Positions 16,077-23,798 of a stretch of 64,000 nucleotides of DNA are shown piece by piece. This stretch comes from Candidatus Alcium sp. F082 (lineage in GTDB: Bacteria > Bacteroidota > Bacteroidia > Bacteroidales > F082). Position 1 is the stretch's first letter; each line of letters opens with the position of its first letter. The stretch is taken from the NCBI GenBank assembly GCA_001543395.1, contig LPNG01000001.1, positions 87,760-151,759 of the forward strand, given 5' to 3'. A program made the position numbers and the translations under genes. The notes beneath the pieces were generated by a model that was given only the letters and a program-made list of their open reading frames with translations, had not been told where the DNA came from and ran no database searches.

Positions 16077-16084
16077 CAAATATA
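16077..16084 (-). promoter_or_regulatory. Candidate Bacteroidota -7 box TATATTTG (TAnnTTTG) for the FtsK/E1-E2-JAB operon
   Basis: Minus-sense ...ATTGTTGCAAAAGCGAAAAATATT-TATATTTG, with a TTG-containing -33-like element about 20 nt upstream. It would give a ~250-nt leader. Confidence 0.35.
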
Positions 16085-16183
16085 AATATTTTTCGCTTTT
16101 GCAACAATTTTTGCACATTTTTCCGGCAAACCACCAGCACTGCTATCCGAGGGCAAAAGTAGAGGTTTTAATAAAACCAGATG

Positions 16184-16199
16184 TGGTACTTTTCAGTAC
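16184..16199 (-). promoter_or_regulatory. 16-nt motif TGGTACTTTTCAGTAC, copy 2
   Basis: Identical to 6349..6364. Lies between the kinase stop (16250) and the candidate operon promoter. Confidence 0.35.
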
Positions 16200-16249
16200 T
16201 TATTATAGAGAAGGAACGGATGGAAAAACTCACTTGTCCACAGCTATTA

Positions 16250-18112
16250 CTACAAAGTGGAAAGATTCAGAAACTGTGGTTCGCCTCCGTTTTTAATGAT
16301 GGCAACTCCTTCCGAAACAATGATGGACTCGCTCTTGGGTACGACAACCCTGCCATTGATGTCGATAATGGTATAAAACCCGTCTTTGGTCTTTGCAAGA
16401 ATCATGGCAAAGCCCTCCAAATATGTCGTCCGAGCATAAGTACCCGGCTCAATGCTCATCTTCCCCCCTCCATTAACCACACCAAAATCATTTTCATATC
16501 GACCAAGCAAAAAGGCACCATCTTCAGCTTTTTTTCCATAAGGATAGTTCAGATTGGTGACATGCTCCATACGAACATTGACAACACCATACCCTTCGTC
16601 AGTCTCAGCAAGGGCAAGGTCATTACTATTGAAATCTAAGCGGTGCTTGAATATCGGTTTCTCCAACTCCTTGCCATCCATTCCTATATAACCATACCGT
16701 CCAAGCTTTTTCACAGGTATTATTCCCTTTTTGCTGAATGCTAATTCCACATCATTATACTCAGCTTCAGCAGGTAGAGGATTTAGGTAAATCACATAAT
16801 CTAGAGTCCGTCCACGTCTTCTTCCGATATAAAAATGATAGTCCTCTGCCAGTGTAAGTATTTCTCTGTAATTAAACAAATATTGCCGCCCATTTGGCGC
16901 GACCAATCCATACTTCCCATCCAGGCAACAAACAGCATACCCGTCTTTAAACGCTTTGGCATCTTGATAGATGGCTGGGATAACCTCCTTCCCATTTCTG
17001 TCAACATACCCATATAGGCCATTCGTTTCATCCAAAAAAAACAATGGCGATGCAGTTTTGCTTTCCAACTCAGCACGTTGATACTGTTCAAGATAACTTT
17101 GTGCAAGGGAATCTTGGTCTAAGTCTGTCGGGACATCGGAATCTACGGGAATTTGTACATGGACAATATCCAACTTTGGCTTGATCGGAATTTCCACCTT
17201 AATAGTATCATGCCTCTCTTCAACAATAAAAACCGTGTCGGTCACTATTTCAGATTGTGTCTGGATTTCATCGTCAGTAACAAGTTGTTTGTCTGCTTTT
17301 TCGTTTATGGTTTTGTTGGTGAGAAACCACACCAATAACGGCACAACGAACACCAAGAGCGACACCCATCGTGAAAGAAAATCCCTAAAACGAAGGGCTT
17401 TTCGCACCTCATTGATGTTTTTATGCCGTTTTGAGGCTTTTTTCCGCTGGCATTTGCGCACAACCCCTCCATAGCGGTGTGGAAACAACGCCTTGATGAC
17501 AAAACCCAAGGAAAAGATGTCGCTCGTGACATCCGTCTGCTCGCGGTTCGCCAACTCGGGCGCGGCATAGGCTTCCGTGCCTCCTGTGGCCTTGTCGCAG
17601 TTGGAATCGCTGTCGGCATAGCCGAAATCTATCAGCTTGACATTGTGTCCGTTGCGAGTTATAAGGATATTCGCAGGCTTCAAGTCGTTGTGAACCACCT
17701 GATGGCTATGAACGAAGGCCATGGCATCCAGCAACTCGCCAAGAATGCGTTTCTTTTCTTTATGGGAAGGCGATGTCTTCAAAAAATCCGACAAGGTCGC
17801 ACCATCGATATATTCCATGACGATGCACGGCCCCACTTCGGCATCCTCGCGCCAGCCAATGCAACGCACAACATGTTCGTTGCCATACAAACGCTCCAGC
17901 AGCCTATACTCGCGCTGCAACCTCGCGAGGTTCTCTGCCAATACACCCTGGTCCCGATTCAAGGCTTTGAGGAACAGCTTACGCTCTCCGCTGAGCACGG
18001 AGTACAAAACACTGTAGCCCGCACCATGATAAGGCAAGCGTCTATAGTCGTGAAACTGGGAATAGCTGGCAACCATCTCCCCAAACGATCCCGAAGTGAA
18101 ACAATCTTCCAT
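16250..18112 (-). CDS. Ser/Thr protein kinase with one TM segment and C-terminal WG-containing (KWG-type) repeats
   Basis: Kinase subdomains HNDLKPANILI, DFGYA and AYAAPE; TM segment WVSLLVFVVPLLVWFL; then repeated units of the type GLYGYVDRNGKEVIPAIYQDAKAFKDGYA / GKYGLVAPNGRQ / GRYGYIGMDGKELEKPIF. Confidence 0.85.
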   Translation of the reverse strand: MEDCFTSGSFGEMVASYSQFHDYRRLPYHGAGYSVLYSVLSGERKLFLKALNRDQGVLAENLARLQREYRLLERLYGNEHVVRCIGWREDAEVGPCIVMEYIDGATLSDFLKTSPSHKEKKRILGELLDAMAFVHSHQVVHNDLKPANILITRNGHNVKLIDFGYADSDSNCDKATGGTEAYAAPELANREQTDVTSDIFSLGFVIKALFPHRYGGVVRKCQRKKASKRHKNINEVRKALRFRDFLSRWVSLLVFVVPLLVWFLTNKTINEKADKQLVTDDEIQTQSEIVTDTVFIVEERHDTIKVEIPIKPKLDIVHVQIPVDSDVPTDLDQDSLAQSYLEQYQRAELESKTASPLFFLDETNGLYGYVDRNGKEVIPAIYQDAKAFKDGYAVCCLDGKYGLVAPNGRQYLFNYREILTLAEDYHFYIGRRRGRTLDYVIYLNPLPAEAEYNDVELAFSKKGIIPVKKLGRYGYIGMDGKELEKPIFKHRLDFNSNDLALAETDEGYGVVNVRMEHVTNLNYPYGKKAEDGAFLLGRYENDFGVVNGGGKMSIEPGTYARTTYLEGFAMILAKTKDGFYTIIDINGRVVVPKSESIIVSEGVAIIKNGGEPQFLNLSTL

Positions 18113-18131
18113 TTATGGCCAATTATTGATG

Positions 18132-18139
18132 CAAAAGTA
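18132..18139 (-). promoter_or_regulatory. Candidate -7 box TACTTTTG for the kinase gene
   Basis: Plus-strand caaaagta, 20 nt upstream of the ATG at 18112. Confidence 0.4.
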
Positions 18140-18170
18140 AAAAAAACCCCACTTATCTGACCGATTATCG

Positions 18171-18178
18171 TAATTTTG
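18171..18178 (+). promoter_or_regulatory. Candidate -7 box TAATTTTG for the divergent 201-aa gene
   Basis: 25 nt upstream of the ATG at 18203. It overlaps the track's alternative start at 18176, which argues for the 18203 start. Confidence 0.4.
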
Positions 18179-18202
18179 CCAGACCAAATAGTGCCAATAA
18201 CC

Positions 18203-18808
18203 ATGACAAGGACATCCGTTTTAAGAAGTGCAAAAGAGCTTGACGAGTTGCGCCAGGAAATCAGAAAACGCGCTGGTTTTCAAGACAAAATCTTGTCGCC
18301 TAGCGATTTTGACTTCCTTGAGGAGGATATCAAAAAGGAACTACCTCAAGCGGTCATCAACGCGAAAACACTGAAACGATTTTTCGGTTATGACCAGACA
18401 GATGAGGGTTCCACTATTAGACTCTACACCTTGGATGTCTTGTCACAATATTCGGGTTATGAAAACTGGAATGCCTATCTTGTACATTTACAACTTTTGG
18501 AAGGTAGTGGCTCTGGAGATCTCAAAGAAGCTGAAATCAAAACAGATGATATGAACATTGGCGTTACTCTGCAAATCGCATGGCAACCCAATCGAAAATC
18601 CACATTGAAATATCTTGGCAACCAACAGTTTGAAATCGTTGCAACCGAAAACTCCAAATGGCAGGTCGGAGACACTTTCTTTTGTAGGCATTTCATTTTT
18701 GGCAAGCCGCTTTATGTCGACAATCTGACTGACAAAAACGGTGTATTGAAATCCTCAATGTATGTTGTTGGGGAAAAGAACGGAATATATTTTGATTCAC
18801 CAAAATAA
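18203..18808 (+). CDS. Hypothetical protein, 201 aa
   Basis: Track ORF 18176..18808 trimmed to the ATG at 18203 (MTRTSVLRSAKELDELRQE...). Followed directly by a strong terminator. No family recognised. Confidence 0.6.
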   Translation: MTRTSVLRSAKELDELRQEIRKRAGFQDKILSPSDFDFLEEDIKKELPQAVINAKTLKRFFGYDQTDEGSTIRLYTLDVLSQYSGYENWNAYLVHLQLLEGSGSGDLKEAEIKTDDMNIGVTLQIAWQPNRKSTLKYLGNQQFEIVATENSKWQVGDTFFCRHFIFGKPLYVDNLTDKNGVLKSSMYVVGEKNGIYFDSPK

Positions 18809-18867
18809 AAAAGACCCTCAGTCACCTAAGGGTCTTTTTTTGTTTACTAACTTATTTCGTACTCGTC
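18806..18867. repeat. ~62-nt direct repeat, copy A (terminator plus degenerate copy of a gene 3' end)
   Basis: ataaaaaagaccctcagtcacctaagggtctttttttgtttactaacttatttcgtactc matches 20442..20506 with only a few differences. Confidence 0.75.
18811..18841. terminator. Bidirectional rho-independent terminator
   Basis: A-tract, stem AGACCCT / AGGGTCT with a 10-nt loop, then a T-tract. Lies between convergent genes (18808 + / 18903 -). Confidence 0.75.
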
Positions 18868-18902
18868 CTTTTCCACGAAGACGAACAACTTCCACTCGAA
18901 TA

Positions 18903-20252
18903 CTACAAGAACGGAACCATATACAATGGCACCATCAGCGTCTCACCGTCTTTACGCAAATCCTTGGTATATACCAGATAGCGATGCAAAATTTCCGACG
19001 AGAACTTCTTGCAAAATCCATCAAGCGAAACATGGGCCTTGTAACCCGAAGACTTCACTTCTATCGGACAGAGTTTGTTGCCACGCGACAAAAGGAAGTC
19101 AATTTCATAGTTGTGTTTGCCTGATGGTGTCGGCCAAGTATGGTAAAACAACTCATTGCCTCCGGCTTTCAGCATTTGCGCCACCACGTTCTCATAAACA
19201 TACCCTAGATCGGCACTCAGCTTGTCGGAAAGCAGCTTTTGATAAATGATGTTTTCGGTCACATCCTTGTCCCAAAATGCCAACGTGATGAACAAACCCG
19301 TATCGCCGACAAACATCTTATAACGGTCTTTGTCCTTATGCAAGGCCAATCCTACCGAAGGATTGTTAGCATTGTAGGCGAAGTTCACACAAAGGCTATC
19401 CTCCATATCCTCCAACAACTCATCCATGTCAGTGTTTTCCGCACTACGCCCCAACACACTCATCACCTGATAACGAGAGGCATTCTTCGCAAGTTCCGAA
19501 GGGATGGCTTTAAACAGACGTGCGGATTTCCCCGAAGGATCAATCTTGCGGAAATCCTCGGTATAAAGGTCTATGATTTCGCGCTTGGATTGGTCAACCT
19601 CGCTTAGGTTGTTTGTGACAAGATAGGTGTTAACCGCCTGAGGCATTCCCCCAACCAACATATACAGCCTAAAGTCGCGCAACAATTGTCTGGCAACTTG
19701 GTCGCCAACAGAACGCTTGTTCTCGTAGGCTTCCCTCAACAACGGAATAGTCACCTCATCTCCCAAGGCCCAACGAAATTCCTCATAATCCATAGGGTAC
19801 ATCGTGATGCGCGTTTCCTCACTTGGAATAGTGATACCCTTCGTATTCTTCTTAATCGACAAGAGCGACCCCGTCTCGATGTAGTCATACCGATGATCTT
19901 TCACCATATACTTTATGGCTTGCCTCACTAGCGGGGCGTTTTGTATCTCATCGAAGATGACAACCGACTTGCGTTCCACCAGCTTTACCTTATAAATGAA
20001 TTGCAACTGGAAGAAAAAGTTGTCAAGGTCAGCGATGTTCTTTACGGCTTCCCACACTCCCTCTGGCGCATTGGCAAAGTCAACCACAATATATGAAGTG
20101 TATTCTCGTTTGGCAAACTCCTCGGCGATGGTCGATTTCCCAACTCGACGTGCCCCTTTGATAAGCAGTGCCGATTTACCGTCCTTGGTACGTTTCCAAT
20201 TCAGCATCTTATCGTACAGCTTCCTCTTGAAAATGCGAAATCCAGCATCCAT
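18903..20252 (-). CDS. AAA-family ATPase of the AAA_14 + DUF4143 type
   Basis: Walker A LIKGARRVGKST and Walker B VVIFDEIQ. The C-terminal portion is of the type seen in DUF4143 proteins. Paralogous in architecture to 57949..59121. Confidence 0.8.
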   Translation of the reverse strand: MDAGFRIFKRKLYDKMLNWKRTKDGKSALLIKGARRVGKSTIAEEFAKREYTSYIVVDFANAPEGVWEAVKNIADLDNFFFQLQFIYKVKLVERKSVVIFDEIQNAPLVRQAIKYMVKDHRYDYIETGSLLSIKKNTKGITIPSEETRITMYPMDYEEFRWALGDEVTIPLLREAYENKRSVGDQVARQLLRDFRLYMLVGGMPQAVNTYLVTNNLSEVDQSKREIIDLYTEDFRKIDPSGKSARLFKAIPSELAKNASRYQVMSVLGRSAENTDMDELLEDMEDSLCVNFAYNANNPSVGLALHKDKDRYKMFVGDTGLFITLAFWDKDVTENIIYQKLLSDKLSADLGYVYENVVAQMLKAGGNELFYHTWPTPSGKHNYEIDFLLSRGNKLCPIEVKSSGYKAHVSLDGFCKKFSSEILHRYLVYTKDLRKDGETLMVPLYMVPFL

Positions 20253-20280
20253 CCCTCAAAATGTTTATTCGTTTCGGATG

Positions 20281-20288
20281 CAAAAATA
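20281..20288 (-). promoter_or_regulatory. Candidate -7 box TATTTTTG with TTTG 19 nt upstream
   Basis: Minus-sense TTTGAGATTATTACATAAATGCG-TATTTTTG, 29 nt upstream of the ATG at 20252. Confidence 0.5.
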
Positions 20289-20441
20289 CGCATTTATGTA
20301 ATAATCTCAAAATGAATTTATAAAAGATATGTAGAAATCTCAATTTTTAGTTTTCCGTGCAATTACTACTTCGCAGAAAAACGAGTAATATATATAGGCT
20401 AACTATTCGTGAAAAAAGGCTAGAAATCGGCCAAAAAAAGC

Positions 20442-20506
20442 ATAAAAAAAGGCCCTCAGTCACCTAAGGGTCTTTTTTTCTGTTTACTAACTTATTTAGT
20501 ACTCAT
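20442..20506. repeat. ~62-nt direct repeat, copy B (terminator plus authentic 3' end of the DUF2795-like gene)
   Basis: ataaaaaaaggccctcagtcacctaagggtctttttttctgtttactaacttatttagtactc; see copy A. Confidence 0.75.
20444..20480. terminator. Rho-independent terminator (bidirectional form)
   Basis: A-tract, stem GGCCCT / AGGGTC, then a T-tract. Downstream of the minus-strand gene ending at 20496. Confidence 0.65.
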
Positions 20507-20717
20507 CTTCGTGGAAGAAGAAGTCGTCCTTCGTGGGATAATCGGGCCAGAGGTCTTCGATGCGTTCGTATATCTCACCCTCGTCTTCGATTTCCTGAAG
20601 GTTCTCGATGATCTCTTCCTGCGCGCCCGTACGCAAAGCCCAATCCAACAGCTCGTCACGGGTTGCCGGCCACGGGGCGTCTTCCAATTTTGAGGCTAAT
20701 TCTAGTGTCCAATACAT
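20496..20717 (-). CDS. Small acidic protein, DUF2795-like, 73 aa
   Basis: PWPATRDELLDWALRTGAQEEIIENLQEI fits the DUF2795 pattern (fPa.k.eLi..A...GA...v...L..l). Assigned from memory of the family. Confidence 0.55.
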   Translation of the reverse strand: MYWTLELASKLEDAPWPATRDELLDWALRTGAQEEIIENLQEIEDEGEIYERIEDLWPDYPTKDDFFFHEDEY

Positions 20718-20745
20718 AGTCTTTTTTCCTTTTTATTTGAGCGCG

Positions 20746-20753
20746 CAAAAGTA
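20746..20753 (-). promoter_or_regulatory. Candidate -7 box TACTTTTG
   Basis: 29 nt upstream of the ATG at 20717. Confidence 0.45.
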
Positions 20754-20803
20754 CAAGTATTTTCTTAACTGACAAGGGGTTTTTCTTCTAAAATATAGAA
20801 TTA

Positions 20804-21373
20804 TTATTTGTTTGATTCCCAGTTGTTTTCGTCGACTTTGTCTAAAAAGCCAAAAAATCTTGCCAACACAAAGAAGTAATCCGACAAACGGTTCAGGTAT
20901 TTCAAATCGAGTGCATCGACAGGATGTTGGGCAGCCAAACGCCAGCCCTGACGCTCGGCACGACGGCACACGGTGCGGCATACGTGCGCATAACTCGCCT
21001 TGAGATTGCCACTCGGAATGACGAAGCTTCTCAACTCGGGCAACTGCTCGTTCATCACGTCGATTTCGTGCTCCAAGTAGGCCACATCATCAGGAGCCAA
21101 CACAGGGATCATCTTCTTGACCTCGGAGTTTTCGTCCAAGGCAAAGTGCGACTCTATGGTGAACAACTTGTTCTGCACCTTGTCCAACACGGTCTTCATC
21201 TCGGCGGTGACGCCTTCTTGGTCGTATAGCACCCCGATAAAAGCGCTCAGCTCGTCGACAGTGCCATAAGCCTCCACCCGGTCGTCGTATTTCGCGACGC
21301 GCAAGCCACCAATCAACGAGGTCTTGCCTTCGTCACCAGTTCTAGTGTAGGTAATATTCTTCATATTTGTCAT
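20804..21373 (-). CDS. ATP:cob(I)alamin adenosyltransferase, PduO type
   Basis: The N-terminal YTRTGDEGKTSLIGGLRVAKYDDRVEAYGTVDELSAFIG is the classic PduO/MMAB signature. Confidence 0.85.
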   Translation of the reverse strand: MTNMKNITYTRTGDEGKTSLIGGLRVAKYDDRVEAYGTVDELSAFIGVLYDQEGVTAEMKTVLDKVQNKLFTIESHFALDENSEVKKMIPVLAPDDVAYLEHEIDVMNEQLPELRSFVIPSGNLKASYAHVCRTVCRRAERQGWRLAAQHPVDALDLKYLNRLSDYFFVLARFFGFLDKVDENNWESNK

Positions 21374-21380
21374 TTTCTGT

Positions 21381-21453
21381 CGGGCCTTTCGACAGGCTCA
21401 AGGACCCTTAACTTCAGTATTAAAACAAGGTCCCTGAGCCTGTCGAAGGGCCG
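21381..21453. repeat. Long imperfect palindrome (about 28-bp arms, 17-nt loop), REP-like/terminator
   Basis: cgggcctttcgacaggctcaaggaccctt ... aaggtccctgagcctgtcgaagggccg, between two minus-strand genes. Confidence 0.7.
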
Positions 21454-21462
21454 ATTTATTCA

Positions 21463-22131
21463 TTAATATTTCAAAACAAAATCCTGTTTCTCAATGCCTT
21501 CACGGAAGAAGACCATACCCACACAAAAGAGGTCGAAGGTGACCGAAACGTCCTCGTTGGCCTTGATCTCTTCCCAAGCATCCTCCATGTCACGGTTGTG
21601 GTGTATGCCCTCGAAGACAAACACCGAATCAGAGGTCTTATGGTTCAAACAGTCCGCCAGGTAATCCCAAGTGTCATCCTCAAAGGAGTCACGGCTGAAG
21701 AAGACAAAGCCCGTGTTGAGTCGCTTGAAATGCTCGGAGTCGAACTCGGCCGGTTGGATGAGGTTGACGTTGACGACACCCATCGAATTTAGCGTCTCCA
21801 AGAAGCTCTCTGACTCCTCCAGATAGACCTTGGTCTGCATATGGCCCAAAGCCATCGAAGTGGCGTTCAAGGCGCTTATGTGTCCGAACGACACCACCGA
21901 ATCGGGCTCAAAATATCGCACCATCCTATAAAGCAGGCGGCTCTGCTTGCGGAGGTTGAAGTTGATGTACTTCTTCTTATCCAACAAGCGACTGATACGT
22001 AATATGGTGTCGTAGTCACGGTTGGAGCCGCTGTCGTTGAGCACCTTACGGCTAAACTCATAGACAAAAGGCGAATGGATGCTGTATTCGCTCTTGCGCT
22101 TCCATAGGTATTTCAGATAACTGCACACCAT
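21463..22131 (-). CDS. Hypothetical protein, possibly class I methyltransferase-like, 222 aa
   Basis: The N-terminal SIHSPFVYEF motif recalls a Bacteroidota methyltransferase-like family. No clean SAM-binding glycine motif seen. Confidence 0.45.
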   Translation of the reverse strand: MVCSYLKYLWKRKSEYSIHSPFVYEFSRKVLNDSGSNRDYDTILRISRLLDKKKYINFNLRKQSRLLYRMVRYFEPDSVVSFGHISALNATSMALGHMQTKVYLEESESFLETLNSMGVVNVNLIQPAEFDSEHFKRLNTGFVFFSRDSFEDDTWDYLADCLNHKTSDSVFVFEGIHHNRDMEDAWEEIKANEDVSVTFDLFCVGMVFFREGIEKQDFVLKY

Positions 22132-22134
22132 AAC

Positions 22135-23691
22135 TCAATCGTATTGAACCTTTTGCAAATAGTATACCGTACGTCTCGGTTTAGGCTGGCTGCCATTCTG
22201 AATGATCTGCGAGCCATAGATGAGGAAACGGCTACCATACCACCTCGTCATCTGAGCGAAGTACTCGTCTTCCACATAGTCGGCACCATAGATCGGGGCC
22301 AACTTCTCCTCCTGCAGGTTCATCAAAGGCTGACCCTGGGCGTCGAAAGCGGCATAACGCAACTTGTTGCGATAAGGCGAAGCCACAACAAGCTCATCAT
22401 AGCAAGCGCCTTCAGCGGCATGTGGGAAGAGTTCGAAAGTCAACTCGTTGTCGAACTTCAACGATTGCTGCCATTGCAGATGGCCTTCCTGGTCGAAAGC
22501 CAGCAGCACCTCACTGAAGAAGTCGTAGCCGTCGAATACGGTGTAGGTATAGGGATAGCCGCCGTAATAGCCATAATAGCCATAGTTCATGCGCGTCTCC
22601 GTATGATAATAGGGCATAAATGCCTCCACTGCAAAGACGGTCAAGTCGCCAAAATCAGTCAGACGCGGCGTCAGGAATTGGAAAGCGATCTCGCCTTTGA
22701 CGGCTTTTTGGTTCTTGCTCAGCTTCAGCTTCTCCTCGCGCAGCCGCACACGATCGGAGGCCGTCAGCGCATGTTCTATCTCAGGCATGTCCTTGAAGAG
22801 ATACACCTTGCTGTCGGGCACACTCGAAGCGAAGCGCATCCACACCACGCCGACGCTCTCCTTGTCGTAGTTATCGGTCACGCCTTCAAGGTTGACTTTA
22901 CGGCCTGTCTCGCGCTCCAAGGTACCGATGACCACTAGGTTTCTGTTTCGGTCAAAACGGAACACCATACGACCCAAGGCAGCGTTAGGGATGTTCTCGT
23001 AGCGGTAGCTGCCCTGAAGGCTGCCCGTAGGGGAATAGACCAAGAACGACGTCGAAACAAAATGCTTGTTCTCGTATTCCTTAGCCGCCACCACGAAGCA
23101 ACGTTCCTTGGTGAAAGCCTCCGTCTGAAACAACACGAAACTGCTAGAGGAAGGCGACACCGTGCGGCATTGGTTGTCGGTGAGGTCATAGAAATACAAG
23201 GCACCGTTACCGCTTTTGTTGTTAAGCGCCATCATCATCGTGCCACCAGTGACTTCCACCGACAGCGGCACCGACTTCTCCGGCCATTTATTCCAGAAGG
23301 TCTGGTAGGTCTTTTCTTGACGATTGAAGCTCACGACAAGGAAGTCCAACGTATCCGAGGCCTTTTTGTTGCCGTCATTCATAAAGAGGAAGGCGGCGAA
23401 GCGGTCGTCGCCACCCGAGTCGACGAATTTGAGTTTTTCGGGCAAGGGAATCAAATCGCTGCGGGTCTCGTAGAGGCTGCTGTCGACGCAAGCGAAGTTC
23501 CAAAGGCGATGCTTCTGCTTGTCGGTCTTCTCGGTCTCGTAGACCATGAGGCCGCCCTTGTCGCCAAAGGACTGGAAGTGGCAGCCTTGATCCTTGTTCC
23601 AACGGCTCACCTCATAGCGCACAGGCTCCACCTGCTGGGCTGAGGCCCAACTGGCAAGGAACAAGAATGCTATGAGGAGGAGTTTCTTCAT
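22135..23691 (-). CDS. Secreted hypothetical protein, ~518 aa
   Basis: Track ORF trimmed to the ATG at 23691 (MKKLLLIAFLFLASWASAQQ signal peptide). Its stop is 3 nt before the next gene. Confidence 0.65.
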   Translation of the reverse strand: MKKLLLIAFLFLASWASAQQVEPVRYEVSRWNKDQGCHFQSFGDKGGLMVYETEKTDKQKHRLWNFACVDSSLYETRSDLIPLPEKLKFVDSGGDDRFAAFLFMNDGNKKASDTLDFLVVSFNRQEKTYQTFWNKWPEKSVPLSVEVTGGTMMMALNNKSGNGALYFYDLTDNQCRTVSPSSSSFVLFQTEAFTKERCFVVAAKEYENKHFVSTSFLVYSPTGSLQGSYRYENIPNAALGRMVFRFDRNRNLVVIGTLERETGRKVNLEGVTDNYDKESVGVVWMRFASSVPDSKVYLFKDMPEIEHALTASDRVRLREEKLKLSKNQKAVKGEIAFQFLTPRLTDFGDLTVFAVEAFMPYYHTETRMNYGYYGYYGGYPYTYTVFDGYDFFSEVLLAFDQEGHLQWQQSLKFDNELTFELFPHAAEGACYDELVVASPYRNKLRYAAFDAQGQPLMNLQEEKLAPIYGADYVEDEYFAQMTRWYGSRFLIYGSQIIQNGSQPKPRRTVYYLQKVQYD

Positions 23692-23707
23692 CTTGTCGTC
23701 GCTTTGC

Positions 23708-23783
23708 GTCATTGCGAGGAGGAACGACGAAGCAATCCAGGGGTTAAGCTGGCTCTCTGGATTGCTTCGTTCCTCGCAATGAC
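23708..23783. repeat. Long imperfect palindrome (about 27-30-bp arms), REP-like/terminator
   Basis: gtcattgcgaggaggaacgacgaagcaatccag ... ctggattgcttcgttcctcgcaatgac, between two minus-strand genes. Confidence 0.7.
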
Positions 23784-23798
23784 GCTATCGCGTCTGTA

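Noticed and set aside
17477-18160. 227-aa plus-strand ORF
   Set aside because: It lies antisense to the kinase catalytic domain (HNDLKPANIL, DFG, APE on the minus strand).
22144-22938. 264-aa plus-strand ORF
   Set aside because: It lies antisense to the signal-peptide-bearing 22135..23691 gene in a GC-rich region and has no motifs.
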